Position numbers and translations under genes: made by a program. The notes under the pieces are model-generated. The model was not told the DNA's origin, did not search any database, and worked only from the letters and a program-made list of their open reading frames with translations. A stretch of DNA of 64,000 bases from contig CM022673.1 in the NCBI GenBank assembly GCA_012295275.1, positions 13,082,001-13,146,000 of the forward strand, in the 5' to 3' direction. Below, one piece after another: positions 54,328 to 64,000 of this stretch. The DNA comes from Chrysomallon squamiferum. Its lineage: Eukaryota > Animalia > Mollusca. Positions within the stretch are counted from its first letter, which is position 1, and every line of letters starts with the position of its first letter.

Positions 54328-54435
54328 ATACCTTCCCACAAACTGGAGAGTATAATCATTGGTGAGTTTCTGGTTGGAATAGGATATATTAAACAAGCAT
54401 CATTCAGATGTTTTAAACTCTGAGCCACAAGCCTA
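54328..54435 (-). mobile_element. Decayed SINE fragment
   Basis: Minus strand ggcttgtggctcagag...cctattccaaccag...ctctccagtttgtgggaaggta is similar to the head and core of the other copies. Confidence 0.4.
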
Positions 54436-57400
54436 TTCCATTATGTTAGCAGTGACTCAAATTCCTTTTACAACTTCACTCTGACATCAATGAGATGGGT
54501 GTGTCTGTATATAAAATATATCTTATTATAATACATTTGTTTGCTTGAAATAAATGTTAGGTTTGCTTTTAGGCAAATTATATAATGGGGTAGGATGGTG
54601 TAAATATATATATATATACATATATAATTTTTGAAGAAGAAGAAGAAGAAATCTTTTGTTAAATAACAGACACATTATTTAACTAGCTATATTTTACTAT
54701 TGAAAGTGATTAATAAAATCCCATTCCAACCTGAGCTCCTGTTGGACCTCTAACAATAAGGACACCAGATCTTCAAAAACAAATACGTCTATAATTATAT
54801 GTACACAGGAAGAAAGAGAAAAATTTACTTAAAGTTTATTAAGTGGCTGCATGACAGGGTGAGCATGAAAACATAAAACTGTAATTAAACACAACCTCAA
54901 AGGCAATCACGAACAATTAACTCATTGTATACGAAACAGCTGTTGCAGTTAGTTCAAATATTTACCACGACACATGCACGTCGCCCCTTTTATTGTGTGC
55001 ACACGACAACTACAACAACGGCCACGCTGCCAGTGTCCCACAAGCGTGTATTAACAACAGAGTCGACAGCGATCACTTTCAAAGAAATATGAAAATTCAA
55101 TATTTGCTCGAGTCTCGTGTTTTTCTGTGCAGCCTTTGAGAGACAACACTTGTTAGAAAAATGATTGATAAAAAATAATAATAAAGAAATCTGTTGAAAT
55201 AATGTACTTGTTGTTGTCAAACAAAAATTAATAAGAGTAAACAAAACAAATGTAAATACACAGAGAGAGAGAGAAAAATATGTAATAGATATGGGAGGGC
55301 CTAACAGAATGAAAAAACATAAGTATGGTGTTTATATTTATAAGGCCAGAACAAAATAAATAGAAAAACAGATAATTTATATGAGGTGGCTTAACAAAAA
55401 AAAAAAATAATAATAATAATAAAAAAAAATTGTATGGCTAAATAAAATAAAACAAACAGATGCAAATAATACATATCAAATAAACAAACATAAAATAAAA
55501 TAATGATAAATAAACAAAAACAAACCAGAGTATGTATTAACATGTGCGTATTTTCTATGTTTGTTTTTTTATTTATTTATTTATTTTTGTTTTTGTTTTA
55601 AAGAAGAAAAACGTTAACAGAGACTAACTTATATCTCAGTTTGCACTTGGTATTTGTTCAATAAAATTAGCTGAATGGGGAAAAAAATAATACATTTTTA
55701 ATTTTTTTATTTTACAGGTACATTTTATCAGGTAAAATTTTTTTACGATCTCAAACTTAAAACAAGTCTGAGATAAGGACAACAGTGTTCAAGGTGTTGA
55801 ATCTCTGACATATTTTTATAAACGAGTCTTGTGTTTACTGTTGAAAAGGTATGAAAATTTACCATTTAAAAATGTTTATGTGCTTTGTTTGAAATTCAGT
55901 ATTATTGACTTGTTTGTTCAGAATTCAATACCATTGATCTGTTGTTGTTTTTTTAAATTTAATATGCACATTTTCAAAAATCAATATTATTTATTAATTT
56001 GTTTGTTTGAAATTCACCATTATTGATTTGTTTGTTTGAAATTCAATATTATTCATTTGTATGAAGGAAATGTCAGAATTTTTTTTTTTTTTTTTTTTTT
56101 TTCAGTGTTTGGTTTAATATTTCCATGCAAAAATAAATATTTTATTTCATTACATAAAATGTTAATTTCTTTTTGTTTTGTTTTATTTTATTTTATTTTT
56201 TTATGCATATATATATATTTTTTAATTAATGATTAATTAGTATTTAGTAAAGACCACTAGAGCACTTATTTATTTGTTATTTAGCCAGTTTATTTATTTT
56301 TGTTTCATTCTATTTTTAATTTATGGCAAAATCATAATTTATTTTAAGTTTCAACTTTAAAAACAGTTCTGAAATGACAAAAGATACAATATTTTAAACT
56401 CAATTATTTCAACCTGTATTCAAAAAAAAAATCAAAAAAAATCAAAAAAAAAAAAAATCATTAACAACAAATAAACCAACACAACAAACTCTTTCAATAT
56501 TTGCTACTGACAAAACATCTGTAAACAAATCCACCAATAAAATCTCCTGTTACAAATTCATTTTCAAATTCCGCTTTGTTGCTAAGCACCCACAATTATA
56601 TTAATATGCAATTATTAACCTCAAATGCTTCATATTTAATTACATCACAATGGCTACAGTGATGTCACACAGGGTTCAGAAATATTCTCCAAGATTAATT
56701 ATTTCCTACAATTTAAATACTTCCCTAATTGCATTTCAATTGACTGCTTTGCAATTGTAATTTATTTTTCACTAAGCCTATTAGAAAGATTTGCTTAATG
56801 AAATAATTTGCAATACAAACAGTCTGCCGGCTTCTAACAGACCTTTTACCCAGAATTCTTTTCACCAATAAATCCCTGGTGGATTAAAAATCCTCACCAC
56901 TGTGAAAAATACAATGAATCTTTAAGTATTCTGATAAAGAAACTTTAAAAAAAAATTAAACAAAGAGAATTGAGAAATTAATATAAATTTTGTCCTGTTT
57001 TTCTCAGTATTCTCAAAGGAATGGAACACACACATTCAAAATTTTTGCTGTGCCAAACGGCAATTAATTTTATTACCACCATTAAAATAATTAGGCAGAA
57101 GTGTCTTATCTTACGGGCATTTGCGGTTCACATGTATAATCAGTAAGGAACTTCTGGCACCAGTCAAAGAGGATGATGGCAGAGCAAATGGCAGAGTGGA
57201 AGAATAAGTATTAAAAGTGTCAGAGGTTTTTACAGCACTTTCACGATCCACCGACTTCAAGATTAAACTTGTAATTCACAAACTGATAACACAAATATCC
57301 ATGGTTTATGTAGAAATAACTATAACCAACTCTGATATGTCAAGACTTAACTTTGTTTTTACTGTTAACATTCACTGAACTGCTGTTATGTGTGTCCACA

Positions 57401-57507
57401 GATACATTTGTTGTAAATATATTAAAACACACACATTTAGAATGAAATGTAAGGAAATATACACAAATACAGCTGAAGACCTCTTGAATAAATCATATCT
57501 ATCTAGA

Positions 57508-57508
57508 T

Positions 57509-57565
<57 letters not shown>

Positions 57566-57606
57566 CTGTGTATTTATATAAAGAGAGAAAGATAAATAAA
57601 ACTGTT

Positions 57607-57695
<89 letters not shown>
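57508..57695. repeat. (TG)n followed by (GA)n microsatellites
   Basis: (TG)n at ~57514-57563; (GA)n at ~57609-57695. Confidence 0.95.
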
Positions 57696-57699
<4 letters not shown>

Positions 57700-58891
57700 G
57701 ATGGATAACCTTATCCATAAATTTCCAAAATAAACTAAAATTATGAAACTGTACCAAGTTCATATGAAGATAAAACTGCCAGTTGTCTGGAAATAGTTAA
57801 TTAAAAAGTAATATATAAACATATTTTAAATGTAGCAGAATGATAAAAATAAATTCCTTTTCAGCTCTTTGAAATGATTTAATGAAAATATATAAGTTGA
57901 ATTTAAAAGAAAAATTAAAAGCATAATAAAAAAAAATCAGTGGTTATTCCAGTAACTGGGATGTTGAGTTTTTATGTTCTTAATTATCACTGTGGTGAAG
58001 TTAGGACATAAACTGCCAAGTTCAGTTTTTGGTTTATGGCTCTTAAATGGCATCATTACTCACAGACCTGTGTCATTAGGCTAAACAAAGTACACAGATA
58101 TGGGATATATATGTGTGTGTGTGTACTTTGTACAATTTCTGTGAGTTTCTAAATATATTCATGTGTGTGTGAGTGTCTGTCTGTATGTTCATGTGTTTGA
58201 ATGGATGGAAGGAAGAAAGGAAGAATATATATAATGATGAATATGAATATATGTAGTTTTTGTATATGTAAATGCTTGTGTATGTCTGAGTGGGTGTGTG
58301 TGTGCATGTGTGACTGTGTGAGTGTGTATGTCCATGCGCATTATATTTATATATATTTGTGTGTACATTTAAATAAAGAAACCTGATACATTTTACAATC
58401 TAGCACTCTTAAACTACTAAAACAAGTTTCTACAGTTACTCCAGGTAAACACTTAAACAAAAAAACAAACAAAAAAAAACAAAAAAAAAATATATGCACC
58501 TAAAAAGGAAATGTAGATATTTCAGCCAATTTAAAACCATTTGCTAGACAAAGAATAAATATTTTGTTATCCTGTATCAAAACTCTGTTTCATTTCCTAG
58601 AGACTGCAATGTCTGTTTAACTCATTTAAGTGCTGATAACTCATGTATTAGGTTATTAATATTAATATTATATAATACTTGTTTCATTTTATATTTCTAT
58701 TACCTAATGCTAATGTGCTATGTATTGTGTACATTATAATTTTGTTTTGCAATACAGTCTCTTACATATTATGATTTTCTTTTTTAATTCGTATAATCAT
58801 TTAATATTTTTAATGCTTATTTGCCATATGATCACTTTTATAAGGAAACTTGTTTTTGCCATATAATTAATGAATATTTATATTATCAGTA

Positions 58892-58924
<33 letters not shown>

Positions 58925-59229
58925 CTGTATGTGTTTGTGTGTGTATAAACAGTAAAATTTGCTGAAATGAAATTATTTTTGCCAAATCCAAAAAATTTAA
59001 TTTGTTTTTCACACAAATTTCCTTTGCTATAAAAACTTATCTATCTTTTTTTTTTTTTTTTTTTTTACACCAGTTAATGTGAACACCTTTACCTACACTC
59101 GTTAAAGGTAATCATTAGACATTTTTGGGATTCTAACAGATCAGTTTGTTATTGTTCTGTCAAATTTGAGTACCAGTTTAATTCAGTCAATTAAAACATG
59201 AAGTAAGTTGTCAAAGTACACAAGATCAT

Positions 59230-59800
59230 CACACCAGCCAATAAAAACACTCAACAGTTGTCACTGTCAATATGTACTGACCAATAGAAAACATTGATAC
59301 TTAACAGTTTGTTGATCTTTAGCCAATGAAAATGTTTGTCACATTAGTCATGGCAAAAATATGTGAATACCTAATTTAACTTGAATACTGTGTTTAATTA
59401 AGCCTTGGTGATTATTTATTAGGCAATGAAAACATTTGTTACATTAATTATCGCATAATGCAGACATGTATTTATACTTAATTTAGCTTAAATGTAGTTT
59501 TAATTTTATCATTGGTGAAAGGTTTTTTTTTTACCAAATGAAAATGTTTGTTATGTAAAATATGGCAGACATAATTATTTATTTTGTCCAATTTAACTGG
59601 AATACTGAGTTTTAATTATAATTCTACCAACTGGTTCCTTGCCAATAAAAATATTTGTTACACTAATCATGGAAGAAATATTTAAATATCTAATTTAACA
59701 GTTTTTAGCCAATGAAAATGTCTGTTGCATTAGATGTGGCAGGCATATTTGTTTAGGTACTTAAACTTGAAGACTGTATTAATTACAAACCCTAATTCTA
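59230..59800. repeat. Degenerate ~100-bp tandem repeat with CCAAT-containing unit start
   Basis: gccaatgaaaatgtttgttacattag.catggca...taatttaact.gaatactg recurs at ~59321, 59422, 59533, 59641 and 59708. Confidence 0.75.
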
Positions 59801-62800
59801 ATTACATGTTTAATTAACCGTTATAAAAACACAGCACTTGTCATGAACAGTTTTAAACAGGTAAGTCTTTTTCAAGTACACAAACAAATAAACACTGATG
59901 TCAGACATTTAACAACATCACACACTTAGTGTGTTCAATGAAAGAATCTGTATTGACATCCCTGCACTAAAACAGCACAGGGCTGAAAAACAATGAAATA
60001 AAAACAACAGCCTAACACCCATCCATTCTGGACCCAACCTGATTTGTTGATCTACCGTCAAGTATTTTATTTAATCCAAATCTTTTGTAATTAATTGTTT
60101 TTGTGTGTCAAACATGCAGGCTGTTTCATAATGATTATAGGGAAAAAAGGAAATTTGCTGCCAGTACTTCATAGATCATTTATCAGTTACTGTCGAGGGC
60201 TCTTTTAATCAGCTTATGGCCTGTTAATGATAATGAACACTGATGTCACATTAAAAGCTGTCTTATGTGTGGTGATGAAAAGCTGTCAGAGATTGTTAGG
60301 ACTTGTTGCTGCATTCATTTAGTCTATGCCATTGTCTGTAGTCATGGTGATTCATTATTACAACACCCCACAGAGAAACAGAGTCATGTTATGTCTTGTC
60401 ACAGATATTATTTTGTCTACACTTTCATTTGTTTTTGTCCTGTTCAAATGTATGACACCCATCTCCCACCCACTTAACTCCTCTTACCTGTCTTGTCAAA
60501 CAGACCTATACTGTTATACATACATGTATGTATGTGTTGTGTTTATTTATTTATTTATTTATTTATTTAATTGTTTGTTTGTTTGTTTACTTATTTATTT
60601 AAATATTTAATTATATATTTATTTACATACTTACTTATTTATTGTTGTGATTTTTTTATTATTTAAACTGTGTTTTAACAGTGTCCTGACAATTGTTATA
60701 TCAAATCCACTCCTCTTAAAGAAATGTGAAACAGACCTTTCCATTTTGCATACATGTCTTAAAGCTAATAAACAAAGTTACCTGTTTTCTGTTGACATTC
60801 ATCATTTATAATAAACTAAACTAAACTAACTAAATAAATAAATAAAAATAACGATAAAATAAATATTAATAATATAATAATAAAAATAAATAAAATAAAA
60901 TAAAATTAAATTAAATTAAATTAAATTAAATTAAAACAAAACAAAACAAAACAAAACAAAACAAAACAAATAAACAAATACATTATCTACATAATTAAAA
61001 ACACGCAAATAAAACAGAATATTCACATTTGTAATAAATGGCCCATAACCACAAACCAAACACTCATCATCAAAGCAGTATTAATTAAGGTTCAAAAACT
61101 ACGTTTTCTTTCGACATCATTCACTTTCGCCAGCATTGTCACTTTTTAGTTCACAGAAGTGCCGAAAATGATAACCGCTATCAGATTTATCAATATTTAA
61201 CAAGCTATTACTGTCAAAACCGGGAAAATTTACGAGAAAAGAAAAGAAAGAATGGCTGAGTCAAAAACACGGACATTTATTGTCTCTTGTAGAGCACGTG
61301 GAGTTAACGTCAGGGGCTCAGCAGTTACAAATCATTAACCCTTTTGATGTTATTTCCTCACAGACGTAGCTGTACAGGCTCCTTTTACAGCTCCTACATA
61401 TCTGTGCGGTTTACATCAGCAACACTGCAGTTTTCTCGACAGGAAGGAGGAGTTTGGTGCAGGTCAGTGATTACAGTGGAGCAAGGTGTACTGTTACAGA
61501 AGCAGTAATTACAAAAAGATGACTAATGGTTAACGTCATACAAAATTAAGTCTCAGCTGTTATCAGTTACATTATTATAAAATGTGGGTAAATAAATTAA
61601 TAAATATATGAAATAAAATAGTAATAATAATAATAAAAAGGTAAAAAAAAAAAATTAATTAAAATAAAATAAAATAAAATAAATAATAAAAAAAGTAAAA
61701 TAAAGTAATGAAATAAAATGAAATAAAATAAAATAAAATAAATTAAAATAACAACCCGAATTATATACTAGAAAGAGTGGGGGTATTATAATTTGATCCT
61801 AGAACCTAACTGCTTTACAGATGGCAACTTAACCATAGTGTCATAGTGTCTGATATGCAATACTGGATTTTATTCTTATCAAACCACGCAATGCGTAACA
61901 TTAACCAATTCCTTCAAACTTTTAATTTCTCTTCATCTTTAGAAATAAAAAGATCACAAGTCAGATATCAACACAATGTTATGTAAAGAAAACAAGTAAA
62001 TCTGCTTACTAATAAACTCTAAATACATTTTTTTCTCTCTTTTTTTCTAAAACATTTTTATATAAAAATCACAGTTACACAATCCCTGGTTTATCCTCTA
62101 CGTTTGTGATTATCTGCTCAAAGGTTAAGAAGCTTTTGTGATTAAGATGCAAGAAATGAACAAGCCCCGGGTAATTAGCACAAATTATCTCCCTTATGAT
62201 TGTTCTCCTGTGTTCTCCGGATAATGACAAAGAACCAGTAATCTGGATTTAGATTTGACCTTTGAAGTAGAAGAGTGTTTGTAAATATGTTTTGTCTACT
62301 TAATTCTTAGAGAAACATGCCTGAACAGGATCCTGGATGTTCTTTTTAAGTTTTTTAAAGTTTTTTTTTTTTTTTTTTTATTTTTTGTTGTTTTTCAAAT
62401 TTTAAATGTGGTCAAACTAGTGCAGAATTTTCAGCATACAGATTTTGGATTTTTATTTTATTTATTTATTTTTTATATATTTTTTTACTGTTTCTGCTAT
62501 TATTAGTTGTTGATTCTTCTTGTTTTTTTTTTTTGTGTTTTTTTTACTGTTATTGCTAAATGTTATTTACATAATAAAATTTAATAAATAAATTCATTAA
62601 AGCAAAATATAAAAGAAATAAACAATATAAAATAATACTGTTCAAATAAAATAAAATAAAAATAAAATAAAAATAATAAGATCACAAAAAAAAATTAAAA
62701 AAAAAATTGTATTGCCTCAGTATTTGCCTGATGGGTAAGAGAATGTCATAATTACTTCATTTAGAGTGATCTGCCCTTGATGTGGGCAGTTAATTAGAGG

Positions 62801-63379
62801 TTACTGTTATAGGGGTATTCATTAACATGCAGCAGATGAACATTTCTCTTCTATTATCTTCTGATAGCACGCACACATCTGTTGAATCGAATAACAGTGG
62901 GGCACATGAGTCAACCTGAAGTACTGCAATGAAACTCTCTATTCACCATGATTAAACCTTTCTGCAAAAACTGGGGGCTGATGACTCAAAATGTAAACGG
63001 TTGCAAGGAAATGTCAAAATGTGTGGGCTTTGTTGCTTATTGTTATTTGATATTTATCTTTTATTATTATTTTATTTTAAAATAGTTTTTCTTTTTTTTT
63101 TCGTGTTTATTTTTTGTGCAAAATGTACTAACATAATTGTTGTGATAATACACTTTAAAATAAAATTAAAACATTTTTACTGAATTTCTTTCTCTGAATC
63201 TTTTTAATGTAACATAGATGTGAAAAGATAAAACTGTTTTTCAAAAGAGAATGTAAATTTTGATAAAAAAAACCTCATTGAACTTTCAGGAGAAAGGATG
63301 GTATCAGTATCAAAAAGAGCTATAAATCAAAACCCGATTCAAAACTGAACAGTAGCTGATATAAAATAGCTTTGTCTCA

Positions 63380-63655
63380 TTCAGTTTCTCTAGATCTCCC
63401 TTTCTCTCTCTCTTACACTCTCTCTCTCTCATAATTTCTCTGTCTTTCTTGCTATTCCTTTTTTCTTTCTCTCTCTCTTCTTCTCTGTTGTTCAGTCTAC
63501 ATTTATTTTTGGGGGGACATATTTCTGTTATTTTTTTTTTCTTTCACTTTTCTCCCATTCTTTAATTCTGCTGTCACTCACAACTATTTCTTTCTCCCCT
63601 CTCTTTCTCTCTTCTTCTTTCTCTCCTCATTTCTCTTCCTCTCTCCCTCTCTTTC
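63380..63655 (+). repeat. Pyrimidine-rich (CT) low-complexity tract
   Basis: Direct observation. Confidence 0.8.
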
Positions 63656-64000
63656 ATATAAATCATTATAACAAATTTTCTGAACAAAAAAAAAACAAAA
63701 AAAAACCCTGAAATAAAAACATCTACCAGCTACTTTCCACAATTTCTGACACATTACATCCACTGCCCAGAGGTGGTAATTTCGCTGTCAGAATCAACTC
63801 ACTCACGGAGCACAATCTGACTCTCTCATGCAGCAATTAATGACTAAATCAAGTAATAACAGGATCCAGCATCGCTCAAAACTTCGTCATTACACCGTGG
63901 TCACCATCACGGTTTTCCTAATTTCTACATCATCATTTTTCTTAACGCACTCCTTTGTTACACTTTCAGCTCAGCAGATTGACAATTTACCAACAACAAT

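Overview
AT-rich, microsatellite-dense animal (invertebrate, probably mollusc/gastropod, inferred from Nin-type SINE remnants) genomic DNA. It is almost entirely non-coding, and none of the supplied ORF-track ORFs looks like a real gene. The one coding feature I can support is missed by the ORF track: the first coding exon of an ephrin gene on the minus strand (19013/18995 to 18862; signal peptide + RRVPVYWNSSNT, then a phase-2 GTAAGT donor). It sits downstream of a CpG-rich promoter (Inr-like TCAGTC, palindromic GTCACGTGAC E-box, two uORFs). Positions 1-18861 are its >18.8 kb first intron, and ~45 kb upstream has no recognisable coding exon. The most striking unexplained structure is window-wide: roughly 50 short, higher-GC, motif-rich 'islands' recur about every 1-1.5 kb, separated by low-complexity spacers that are often polarised T-rich then A-rich. 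Other points: a 41-bp minisatellite whose minus strand is complementary to miR-8 nt 2-12, homotypic SOX/FOX/CCAAT motif repeats, a perfect DR1 element, candidate divergent promoters and many decayed SINEs. All counts and boundaries are by eye.
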